Made by a program: the position numbers and the translations under genes. A stretch of DNA of 64,000 bases from assembly GCA_973895155.1 (NCBI GenBank), contig OZ316895.1, forward strand, positions 24,078,281 to 24,142,280, written 5' to 3'. Under the pieces are notes generated by a model. That model was not told the DNA's origin. It was given only the letters and a program-made list of their open reading frames with translations, and ran no database searches. The stretch's first letter is position 1, and each line of letters starts with the position of its first letter. Of this stretch, positions 1 to 10,633 are shown in pieces. Source of the DNA: Marsupella aquatica. Lineage: Eukaryota; Plantae; Marchantiophyta.

Positions 1-1616
1 TTGGGGTTGTGAGAAGAATGCACTTGAATACTAGACGGAGCACTAATGTCAAGTCAAAGGTTAGCAAATAGTTTTGCTAAATGCCTTTCCTATGAAAAAA
101 CAATGTGCTAGAAAAAAAAAAGGAAACCAAAAAAAAACACAGCAGCCCTTCCCTTGGCCCCAGTTGCATGTCTTAATTGTTTTAAATGCAGGGTCCTTTC
201 CCTTTCTGTCTCTGGTGCCTTTCTGGGTACTTTTTGTACTCCATGGTGTGCCTACACTGACAGTACCTTGTGCTTCCGTCACTCCCCAATTTTCCACTCC
301 CTGGATTGCATCACTCCCTGGGACTGCGTCACTCCCCACTTTTCCACTCAGTGGACACCCGTTTCGAGTTTTGATGATCACGAAAAATAACTGGATGACT
401 AATATTCTGCTTTTTGTGTTTTATAAACAGGGAACGCCGGCCTTGGAGACAGATCGCGTGTTATTTTGTTAGATGATCTTATATTTTCGAGTCATCTTTA
501 CTACACTAGTCTGATGAAACTTTATACGTGAGTCTGACTGTATCTCAGCTGAAATAACTGCTGAAATACCTACTTCTCAGTCCAGTAAAATGTTCATCTC
601 CAAAGTCCAAGCCAATGTAAGAATTTCTTTTTTTTGAGGAGACGAAGGATGAAGTCATGCAAGATCAAGCTCAAAGATCTGATTTGCATTCTCTTCGTAT
701 TTGATGTGGGATCCACGACTGTAGCTGGAGAGATGCTTAACGTGAATGTTTGCATGTCCACCAAAACTTCTGTGGTTGCACTCGTAACGTGTCATCCAGA
801 GCTTCAAAAAATCAAGACTCTTTAATGCAGTGCTGGCCCCCAAACTACAGTGTGGGTGTAGAACTGGAGCACTAAAATCAAAGAGAAATCCATGGTGTCC
901 CCATTGTACAAGTACAACTCGTTTTCGAAGGCTCAGATTTGTTGATGTGGATGAAAAAGCCTGTACTGCTCTAAGTTGAAAATCTCTACTCCTTGGACTA
1001 AAGTACGATGAGTTTTATATTATATCCAGTTGAGCTGAGTTAGACATATCGATGCTTGCTGCACCTTTCCTGGACCACCTCACATCTAAATTGGTGCAAG
1101 TAGTAGAATAACCATGTACTGTACTTATTTCGGTTTCTAACGTGACCCACTTTTTACATGCTATGGTCCATGAGTTTCCCCCATGGATGTGTGGTGGGAG
1201 GACGAAGGGATACTTATCCAGAACTACAATTGTACAAAAAATCAATAAACAGAGGAGGGTCCACTACGCTTGAAAATAAATAAAAGACAAAAAAAAATCA
1301 GCAAATTGTGACAGCTAACTAACCTACTCTGCACGGGTAGGTTCAAGCAATCAAGCAGCTTGCAACGCAACATAGTCCTGTCGAAGACTTGTGGTGTAGA
1401 GTACAGCCTCCGCCGACCTTGTCGGCAAACGACGTTGTACGCAGTACGTGCGTCGCGCCGTCTCCTAACCCTCATCTAATAAGATACCGCGGCTGCGTGG
1501 TCCCGGTGCGTGGCCCGGTTCGGCAGTGGTAGTTCCTCGACAGACTCTCCCACTATACGTGGAAGAGTTCTAGCGTTCGAGAGTTCGAGGGCCCTGTCTT
1601 CTATTCTGTCCCTACT

Positions 1617-1820
1617 CCCTACCATACAGTACAGGTAGAGGGCCCAGGCAAAGGCTGTCCCTATTATACAGTACCGGTAGATGGCAAGGTTGTCCCTACT
1701 GTGCAGTAACCGGTAGATGGCAAGGTTGTCCCTACTGCACAGTAACCGGTAGATGGCAAGGTTGTCCCTACTGTACAGTAACCGGTAGATGGAAAGGCTG
1801 TCCCTACTGTACAGTACCGG
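1617..1820. repeat. Tandem array of about 6 copies of a ~36-bp unit (CCCTACTGTACAGTAACCGGTAGATGGCAAGGTTGT), followed by G20 (1841-1860)
   Basis: Units start at 1617, 1659, 1694, 1730, 1766 and 1802. Central copies differ at only a few positions. The consensus contains the palindromes TACTGTACAGTA and ACCGGT. Confidence 0.9.
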
Positions 1821-1972
1821 AAAAGGGCCAGGCAAGGCGCGGGGGGGGGGGGGGGGGGGGCCACGAGGGCAGGGAGGGGTGAGGAGGTGGCGAGCTTTGA
1901 GAGGAGGGGGGGGGAAGGCGGGGGCCGCGGGGCGCGCCTTGGAGGCAGAGAACGATGGGCCGAGCGGCCGGG

Positions 1973-1981
1973 TATTTATAG
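1973..1981 (+). promoter_or_regulatory. Candidate TATA box (TATTTATAG)
   Basis: An isolated AT-rich element in a very GC-rich block. It is followed by ~330 nt without ATG containing CTG/CTA microsatellites typical of 5' UTRs, then a GTGAGT donor-like site at 2382. Confidence 0.35.
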
Positions 1982-3993
1982 AAACGGCGGTCTCCTGCAG
2001 GATATCGACGAAACCCAACGGACGCGTTTATCGACAAGAGCTGCAGCCTGCCTTCCTGTGGTTCGTGATTTGCATTCAATCCCTACTACCCTTCTTACTT
2101 TCGAGAGGACGGACGGGACGGGAAGGGTCGGACAGCTTCTGCTTTGCTGCCATCCACATTGCGCTAGTGTTGTTCCGCGTTGCGTTGAGTTGCGCTGCTG
2201 CTACTGCTGCTACTGCTGCACAACCATTGCTAGGCGTTGCTGCTCTGCTGCCTGCTCGCTAACTCGTGAGCGTGTGCTTGACTTGATTTGATTTGATTCG
2301 ATTTTTTGGGATTTTGATGTTGCCAGGCGTTGCTTTGGCGCAAAGCGCAGACGAAACACATTTGAGAGGGTGATTCGACGGGTGAGTTGGCGGAGTGAGG
2401 TCCGTGACGGAGAGAGGAAGGCGTTGATTATAAATTGTGCGTGGGTAGGAAGGGGAATACGAACAATCTCGGAGAGGGTGACTCGAGGAGGGTGCGGGAG
2501 CGAGTATTTGACTTGTTTTGGAACACGGGACGAAGGAAAGATCTGAGAGCGGGGCGGTTCGAGGAAGTTGGTGGAGTGTGTGACGTGATTGGGAATGCGG
2601 AAGGACCAGCCAGGCGTCGATAGCGACGACGGCGTGACCGTGTGGTAGAAACGTTCGAGGAAACTGGACAATCAGCACTTCGAGGCATAGAAAGCGGCAG
2701 GAACGCAAGCTGTGCAAGGGGGGGTGGGGGGACATTGAGATTTGTGGGCACGAAGGTCAAACTGGCGATGTGTCATTGCGAATCCAGGTCCAAGGGTACG
2801 GAGCAATTTTGAGCAGAAAGAGGAGAGGGAAGGGGACCGATAAAGAGGAGAGGGAGCGACTCGTAGTAAATCAGGATCAGATGGACGGGAGGGAGAGATG
2901 AGTTAGGAGAGAGGGTGGAGAGAGAGAAGGTGAAAAAGGGACAGACGGGCAGGACAAGCTGTGCAGTTCCAGAGGAGGTGGAATAGGGAGAGCCATAGTA
3001 ATTGTATAAGCTTGTTTGTGTCGGCAACACTACTTTGTCGACCGAGTGCGGAAGTCCCATCGAGAATTGGGACCCCATACCCGAGTTCGAATGTGGAGAG
3101 CAAGAAGTGAGCGGTCACACACGTGGAGCTGAGGGGACGCGCTGCCGTGCGGCGTTCACAAATTTTTTCTGTGGAGTTAGGCCTATAGTACTTGAGCGTT
3201 TCCGGGCTGCCTACACAATCATGATCTGACGCCATCCATGCATCCAGCCTGCCTGCGAGAAATTTCTCCCCTGTTATGAGCTTCTCCGCCTTCTAGTATT
3301 TGTGCCCCTCATTCCTCTGTCTTCCTTATCTGCACACAACTCGTTGCCCCTTCATTTCGGTCCGGCTCCCCCAAAGAGCCCTCGCACAATTTTGACTTCA
3401 TTTACTCATCTTCATCATCATTTTCGTTGTAGTCTTGCGGAAGTAATCTTTTCTGGTAGGTCGTTGTACATTCGAGCCTTTGGCGTGGTCCCGTTTCCTC
3501 AGCGGATAGCGGTCTCCATACACATTCTTTCAATTTTTTTCACACCTGAGCCGGCGTCGATTTTGTTCATGTATCAATAGCAAGGTGCGGTGTATTCCCT
3601 CTTGTGCGAGATACAAAACAACCGCTGGCAGCCGGTTCCCGTGTCCCTTCACAGAAGGAGCATTCCTCATTGTCTGGGGTTGCAAGCGGCGTCTGCTTGA
3701 CACGCTTCATCGACTGACATTGAGCACGCGCTTCGACTTTCAAGAGTGATTGCGGCGAAATTTTCCTCCTCCGGGGTAAATTTGTCCGACGTCCCTAAGT
3801 TGCGTCGACGATACTTTTCTGCTATCGACTATCGGGGATTCTGCGTGCATCAGTCCCGCGTTCCCCTTGTACAAGAGTTTTCTCGTTGTTACTTGACTGG
3901 GCTTCCGTTTTGTTGGGGGGAAAGAGAGTCTATCAGTCACCTCGTCCCCCGAGGACCCACTACTTTTTAGAAAATTGATTCATTTCCGCTAAG

Positions 3994-4034
3994 GCCGGGG
4001 CTGCGGCCTCGGCTCCTTGCCAGGAGCCCCCGGC
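3994..4034 (+). promoter_or_regulatory. ADC-box-like GC-rich structured 5' UTR element
   Basis: GCCGGGGCTGCGGCCTCGGC...GCCCCC ends 37 nt before the ADC ATG and resembles the conserved GC-rich motif of land-plant ADC leaders. There is no ATG in 3581-4071. Confidence 0.7.
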
Positions 4035-4071
4035 GAAGAATTTTGTGGTTGGTTGTGCCTAGACGAAAATC

Positions 4072-6153
4072 ATGCCCCCCCTAGCAGTCTGCGATCTTTC
4101 TCAGTCGCTATACGATGACTTTGGCCAAGATTTTTCCTTCAATGGAAGTCAGACGGGTGGAAAACCCTGGACGGTTGGAAACTCTTCTTCACTGTACCGT
4201 GTCCATGGCTGGGGCGCTCCGTACTTCTTCATCAATGAAAAGGGGAATATGGCAGTCCGACCACACGGGGAAGACACCAAGGTGTCCGAAGAGATCGATA
4301 TCATGGATGTCGTGGAACGGGTCGTCAGCCAGGGCATGGCTCCGCCTCTCATTATAAGGTTTCCGACCATCCTGCAGCATAGATTGCGCAGTCTTCACTC
4401 CGCTTTCGAGCGAGCAATCACGCGGCAGGATTACCGGGGACGATTCCAAGGTGTGTATCCTGTGAAGTGCAATCCCGATCGGTATATTGTCGAAGATATC
4501 GTCAAGGCCGGGAAGAACATTGGTTTTGGACTGGAGGCAGGCTCGAAGCCGGAACTCATGATGGCCTTGAGTGTTCTTTGCGGTCACGGAAGTCAGGAGG
4601 CACTTCTCATTTGCAACGGTTACAAGGACGTCGAATATGTGCATATGGCGTTGCTAGCCCGCCAGTTGGGAGTGAAATCCGTAATTGTCTTGGAGCAGGA
4701 GGAAGAGCTTGAAATCGTCATTCAAGTAAGTGGGCGTCTCGGTGTGCACCCTATTATTGGTGTTCGGGCCAAACTGAGCACCAAGCATGATGGCCATTGG
4801 GGCGAGACCTCCGGAGAGAAGGGGAAGTTTGGTCTGACTACGCCGGAAATTGTGGGAGTTGTGTCCAAGCTTAAGAGAGCCGGTATGCTGGATTGCCTTC
4901 AGCTCCTACATTTTCACATTGGCTCTCAAATTCCCTCTCTTGAGCTCGTTGATGAAGGCGTCAGTGAAGCTTCTCACATCTTCTGCGAGCTCTCCCTCAT
5001 GGGAGCCAATATGAAGCACATTGACATCGGTGGCGGTTTGGGTGTGGATTACGATGGGTCAAACTCTTCTACCTCCGAGTCATCCATCGGGTACACTCTG
5101 GATGGGTACGCGGAGCAAGTGGTGAACTCCGTCCAGGTTGCATGTTCTTTGAAGAATGTAGAATGTCCTATCATCACCTGCGAGAGCGGGCGGGGCTTGG
5201 TTTCTCACCAATCGGTCCTCGTCTTCGACGTGCTTTCAGCTGGTGCGAAGCCTAGCAACACCGCCGAAGATATTGGCATTCCTCTTTTGATTGATGGTCT
5301 CCCTTACGAAATGGCTGCCGTGTATGAAGATCTATCTAATTACGTGAAGTCTGGCAAGTACGAAAGTGCGTTCGACTGTGCGAGGAGCCTCAAGACCGAG
5401 GGAGCACGCCTTTTCAAACTGGGTCTTTTCAGCCTGGAACGCAGAGCGATGGTGGATAAGATTTATGGAATGGTTAAGGCTTTTTCTTACGAGAAAGAGC
5501 AATCGCGACGGAAGGATGTTGCAGACGGGAGCGCTACATATCACATTAATCTGTCGATTTTCAAATCGTTGCCAGACAGCTGGGCAATTGGACAGCTGTT
5601 TCCGTTCGCTCCCCTGCACCGTCACGAAGAAGAGCCCTCCGCTCAAGCGATTTTCTCCGACCTGACATGCGATAGCGACGGTAAAATTTCCACCTTCATT
5701 GGTCACGACGACGATATCGAGCCGTCAAATTTCTTGCGGTTGCATCCTCTGGTCCCGAAGAAGCCTTATTACATCGGGATGTTTCTCGCCGGAGCTTATC
5801 AAGAGGTTTTGGGAAGTATGCACAATCTCTTTGGCATGCTGAATGTGGTGCACGTGTCCAGCGGCGCCAGCAGTGGCGGCGAGAGGTTCAAGATCACTCG
5901 GTCATTGCCTGGACAGAACATCAAAGAAGTCCTGCGGGTGATGCAGCATAATCCTGACGAATTGTTCGAGGACTTGAAGGCCCGAGTTCAAGAATCTTTG
6001 ATTGCTGGGCGACTCAAAAGTGAGCAGGAGGTCCTTGGTGTATTACAGAATTTATCGTACAGCTTCAGCAGCTACACTTATCTCTCTAACACGTTTTCCC
6101 GTAGCAAGTCGGAGCGTTATGCCGCTGTTGAAGCTTCTTATTGTTGCACATAA
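4072..6153 (+). CDS. ADC: Arginine decarboxylase (PLP-dependent, fold III), intronless, 693 aa
   Basis: Motifs WGAPYF, YPVKCN (PLP lysine), GLEAGSKPEL, HFHIGSQ, DIGGGLG, CESGR, DLTCDSDG and GAYQE..G..HNLFG. MPPLA start and ...YCCT end resemble plant ADCs. Confidence 0.97.
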   Translation: MPPLAVCDLSQSLYDDFGQDFSFNGSQTGGKPWTVGNSSSLYRVHGWGAPYFFINEKGNMAVRPHGEDTKVSEEIDIMDVVERVVSQGMAPPLIIRFPTILQHRLRSLHSAFERAITRQDYRGRFQGVYPVKCNPDRYIVEDIVKAGKNIGFGLEAGSKPELMMALSVLCGHGSQEALLICNGYKDVEYVHMALLARQLGVKSVIVLEQEEELEIVIQVSGRLGVHPIIGVRAKLSTKHDGHWGETSGEKGKFGLTTPEIVGVVSKLKRAGMLDCLQLLHFHIGSQIPSLELVDEGVSEASHIFCELSLMGANMKHIDIGGGLGVDYDGSNSSTSESSIGYTLDGYAEQVVNSVQVACSLKNVECPIITCESGRGLVSHQSVLVFDVLSAGAKPSNTAEDIGIPLLIDGLPYEMAAVYEDLSNYVKSGKYESAFDCARSLKTEGARLFKLGLFSLERRAMVDKIYGMVKAFSYEKEQSRRKDVADGSATYHINLSIFKSLPDSWAIGQLFPFAPLHRHEEEPSAQAIFSDLTCDSDGKISTFIGHDDDIEPSNFLRLHPLVPKKPYYIGMFLAGAYQEVLGSMHNLFGMLNVVHVSSGASSGGERFKITRSLPGQNIKEVLRVMQHNPDELFEDLKARVQESLIAGRLKSEQEVLGVLQNLSYSFSSYTYLSNTFSRSKSERYAAVEASYCCT

Positions 6154-7278
6154 TTGACTTCCCAAGGCATGGCAAGGTGCGAGTGGGCCACTGGTTAGAT
6201 TACGTCAATCTTGGAACAGGCACCTAAATGTCAAGCATGGCACGACACGATAGAAGTCACGTCTCCCTTCCCGCCACCACCATTGTATTATTCATGACTT
6301 TCACAACTTCTAGACTAGAAATCATATCAACAGATTGTAGACCTAATTCATTTCGGATATAGTTTCATGTTGTTTTCGGCTCGCCTCACTTTCACAAACA
6401 CTCTCCACCTATACTGCCGCATCAGTTTTGGTCCTTTTTTCCCGCAGTTGCATTCTCTGAAACTCAAGCGGATAGTGGATGATGATGTTCTCTGATGGTG
6501 ATCATGCACGTGAGAGCTTTCGTGAAATCGTCGCGACTCTCAAAACGTCGTTGCCGAGTAGGAAAGCAGTAAGCTAGTGAGTGCAAAGTTCTCACTCAAG
6601 TCGGGATGCAATTGCTCCCTATGTACGTTATACTGGTTATGATCAGATCAACTTGGATCAACAACTTGGAGAAGTTTTGCTCTGTTCTTCATACTTTGAC
6701 TTTTTTTTGCGTCGCTTAGGTTTGATTATAAGTTTTTGGGCTTGCAGTCTTTTGCCGTCATGAAACCCCGGGTCAATTGCAGTGTATTCGCCCCGAAGTC
6801 TCGTCGTTGAAAGCATTGCATTGTGATTGTTTACGTGTTGGGTTACAAGCCGGCGGGAGCTGAGTCGCGGGGGTACCTTTTTAGAGCGTAGACCAGGCTG
6901 ACGATTGTGGAGGAAAGTTCTTTGAGACTGGAATCTTAGAACGCGCGAGACTAGCTCGTTGCTGTGAACAAAGACTAGCAAACAATCTTGCGCTTTTTCT
7001 GTGGAATGTATATTAAAAGTATCTCTTGTAGAGTCATCACTCTATCTCCGTGCGCACTGCATGTGGAGTAGGCTTTAGCTGGGTGATGTGGATTCGTCCG
7101 TCACTAGCAGCCATCCATATTGATATTGTTCACGCTACAGTGAATTGGTCCAAATCGCAATTACGCAGCAGAAAATCTACGCTCACAACCACCCATTCGA
7201 GGATGGGGATGCCACTGTCACCGTTGATGCAGATTTAATTCTATTCACGTTTAGACGAAAAATCAAGCTGGATCGTGG

Positions 7279-7431
7279 AGTGTCACCTGTTCCATTTTTG
7301 TTTCTTGCGCTGCACCACGAACGATGGAGAAAAACTTGAAAGTGATGAGACTATAAGTGTCACCTGTTCCATTTTTGTTTCATGCGCTGCACCACGAACG
7401 ATGGAGAGGAACTTGAAAGTGCTGAGACTAT
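7279..7431. repeat. Tandem duplication of a 77-bp unit (2 copies)
   Basis: AGTGTCACCTGTTCCATTTTTGTTTC...GAGACTAT occurs at 7279 and 7356 with few mismatches. Confidence 0.9.
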
Positions 7432-8237
7432 GGGGTCCACTCAGTAACATCTCGATGACCTCACGCCTCCGTCAGTTTTTTCTCGACGTGCGTGAAGAAA
7501 AACCTGCACGGATTTGAATGTGATGATTAGATGATATCTAACGAATTCCAACAATCAATCATAAGCACCGTACCGAGCTGAACAGTGCACTCGCCGAGTG
7601 ACAGTCGAGTCTTCCCGGCCTCGTGTTTCACTGTACATGACGCTTTTCTGGAATTCGCTTCTAACGACCAATGATTTCTTGATCCGATCGCGAAGTGATT
7701 GGGTCAGTTAAGAACAATTAACTTTCGTCGCTATCGTTTTTATTTGCACTCAAGTGGTTGCTTTTATTCAGTAAAGACAGCTTTCGTCCATCACTTTTGG
7801 CATCCATGATTTTATGAGTTATGGACCCCCTTCCGGTTTGGATTTTCCAACAAATGAGGAGTCGGACCCTGACAGCCACCATATGTCACACCTGGTCGTC
7901 CCGGCCCCGCCCCGGCCCCAACCTTGAACCGGAGGGTCCGGCTCGCTAAACCTGGGGAGTCCGGGACTGGGCTGGGAGGGGTCAGGAGAGTTTGGGACCG
8001 GGCCAGGAGGGATTTGGGAAAGTTTGGGACGGGGTCGGGAGGGGTTTGGGAAAGTTTGGGGACCAGCTTGGGAATATAGGTGAATTTGCGACATGTGACC
8101 CCTTTTGGAGCCGCCAAATGACAAGTTGCCGTGTCAGTCAACACAAGAATGTGTCTGTCAGTTCAAACCCAAGACCCCCTGGTATTTCACTTGCATCATC
8201 CATGAATTTGGCCTCACTACAGCCCGTTGGTTCAGGA

Positions 8238-8842
8238 AGCTTGCTCACATAGAAAATGCTAGACATGGGCCCATCTCTCTAGACACTATAGTAAGCAATT
8301 CTATTAGATAAAAACAAGGGAAATGCTCCAGGAGAACCAAAGACCAAAAAATCCAGAGGGTCCCTACTCCCTAGAAGCCTACAATAGGGAGCCATTTTTG
8401 CGCCCATAACTTAACAAAAGTTCAGCCACTTAAAACTTTTGACTCGACTGACGGAATAGTTTTTTCCAGGCATTCTCTTTTATTGTGGGGCCAAGGCTGT
8501 TCGTTGACTGGAGTAAGGAACGAAATAGTTTGCAGGCACGCACTAGTATGGCAGGGCCAAGGTTGTTCGTTGACTGCAGTATTTTTCAGGTCTTCACTAG
8601 AGTGGCACGGCCAAAGTTGTTGGTTTCAATGACTCTCGATAAAGTAGTCTTTAAAAGCTTTTCAATTTGTTGTTCAGTAAGGCTTCCCAATAATCCTTTT
8701 GCCCTTGTGGGCTTCTAGGGATACTCTGACTTTTTGCTCTTTGGTTTTCCTGGAACTTTTCGATTGTTTTATCTAACAGAGTTGCATACTAAAGTGTTTA
8801 GAAAGATGGGCCCATGTCTACAAGTTTCTATGTAAGCAAGCT
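8238..8842. mobile_element. Non-autonomous foldback/MITE element with ~150-bp imperfect terminal inverted repeats
   Basis: 8238-8390 (AGCTTGCTCACATAGAAA..TAGACATGGGCCCATCT..CCCTAGAAGCC) is the degenerate reverse complement of 8700-8842. No clear TSD. Confidence 0.7.
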
Positions 8843-9890
8843 GCCCCCATATTTCTCATATGTATTGTTGGAGGTATAGTATACAAAGTATTGTCAAATC
8901 AATAAGAAATGCATAGTGTTAGGTTTGTTTTTGCCTCCAAAGCCAAAAGCAGACCATATGTGACCTCTCCCCTTCCTGTTATGGGTCTCAACAGGGACCC
9001 ATAACAGGAAGGGTGTCTAGACCCATAACAGGAATTGGACCAGGACCAAAATGACCAGCCAGAGGTCCAGGAGAAAAGAATACTCCCATCACTAAACCCC
9101 ATCCACACAAGCACACACATACCCTCCACCCCCCTTGCATGTGGAGGGGGGATTGAAGTTGGGACCTGCCTGTTCTAGGCTAATATCCTGCCAACTGGGT
9201 CTAAGCCAATTATTTGTGTCAAGCTTGTTTTGACCACAAACCTCTGTGTCCAGGTGATTGCACATCAAAATGTGCCTAGAATAATCACTAATTGTTATTC
9301 TAATTAAATATCTGGCCATCAAAATAAGACTAAACTATCGCTTATTGTTATTCTAATTAAATATCTGGTCGTCTATTTTTTGATGTGAAGTCAAACCTTT
9401 GGTCATATGCCAGCTAATTATTGTCTGTACTGTAATTTAGGTTGCGTGTGTGCACAGCAGGAGCCTCCCTTATTAGGCGTATATTAGTATATATATGGCA
9501 GGGTAAGGTTGTCGGCAGCTGCTCGGCTTCTTGGGGCCACTGGATGGGACGATCCATCCCAATCGAGCCAATCCTATCAGTCCTCGCTCACCTTTTGCAT
9601 CAAAGACCGTGTCCTACTGTCCTGTGTTTGCTGTAGTAGGAAGAGCCAGAAGGGACTGAGACAAGAAGCCTCGATTAAATGATATTATTTGGCTACGGTA
9701 GCGACTCTAGGTTGGTGCTGGCTCTCCTGCGAAGTGCCGTAAACCCCCTTTCTGGTGCGACTTATTAATTATTACTTCCCCGTAGTGGGGGGAGAGAGGT
9801 CGGCGCAAAACGACCCGGTTTCTAAGTTTGGAGGGATGACACAAATTTTTGACACCAAAAGGAGTGAAAGAAAAAATGTAACAAGTAAAG

Positions 9891-10633
9891 TGAGATTACT
9901 TACCTTGCCATGGGTTTTGAGTCAACTACTTACTCTTGTTGGGGATAATCTTTATCCCGAGACACCATGCACATGTGAACATCATACAAAGTAGTCGACA
10001 CAGCGAGTATGTGATTCACCTCATGATTGAGGTTACGTCCACGGGAAAGCAAAAGACCTTTATTTCTATCTTACTCAATTTCAACAATGAATTGAAGATC
10101 CACTAGGGGTTGGTATCAACCCTAGTTATATACAGCACGCATCACTATTAACCTTAGCTAAATTTTAACCTAAGTTAATCTAACTATGATTAGCTCTAGA
10201 GTCACAAGACTAAGAGCAATACTCAACAATTCTGTCACTATTTCTAATTTAATTATCAAAATACCTCAAATGTGCTTCAACAAACGTGGTACTAGATTGC
10301 AGTGTACATGGAAGGTTGAGATTGATCACCCACTCTCACTTGAGATCCCGGACCCCCACCTTCAACCACATCTTCCCAACAGTGGTAGTCGTTGTGGGGG
10401 TCCATAGTTGGGGTTGGTAGGAAGGTTTGCAGTTTCAAGTGAGCGTTGAGGGCAGACAATGGGTGACAACTGTCCCCTGTGGTCGAGAAATCTCAGCCAT
10501 CCATGTACATTTGCATGCAGTAGATGGTTCATTGATTAACCCTAGTTAACTTTGGTCAAAGCCATGGCAGTTTGATAATTAAATTATCAAAATAGTGACA
10601 GAGTAGTAATTTTGCTAAAAGTAACAAATCTCA
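9891..10633. mobile_element. Degenerate foldback element interrupted by a solo LTR
   Basis: Mirror segments about a centre near 10390: GTCACTATTT..AATTTAATTATCAAA vs TTTGATAATTAAATT..AAATAGTGAC; TGTACATGGAAGGTTGAGATT vs AATCTCAGCCATCCATGTACA; CTCACTTGA vs TCAAGTGAG. Confidence 0.55.
9937..10228. mobile_element. Solo LTR (292 bp) related to the Copia LTRs at 38254 and 43518
   Basis: TGTTG...CAACA termini and flanking 5-mers ACTCT/ATTCT (TSD with 1 mismatch). Shares GAGTCACAAGACTAAGAGCAAT exactly, and a looser TTCACCTC...TACGT.CAC motif, with the Copia LTRs. Confidence 0.8.

Noticed and set aside
1617-1820. 36-bp palindromic repeats as a CRISPR array
   Set aside because: The units are head-to-tail with no unique spacers, there are no cas genes, and the context is eukaryotic.
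2040-2065. miR408-like sequence downstream of the GTAC cluster
   Set aside because: The resemblance is only loose and no complementary star arm is visible.
1476-2760. Overlapping 100-180-aa ORFs on both strands
   Set aside because: They are by-products of GC-rich, repeat and homopolymer sequence with no recognisable domain.
3746-3970. GTG-initiated 74-codon ORF in the ADC leader as a polyamine-sensing uORF
   Set aside because: There is no AUG and no recognisable stalling motif such as PPW. Conservation cannot be assessed from one sequence.
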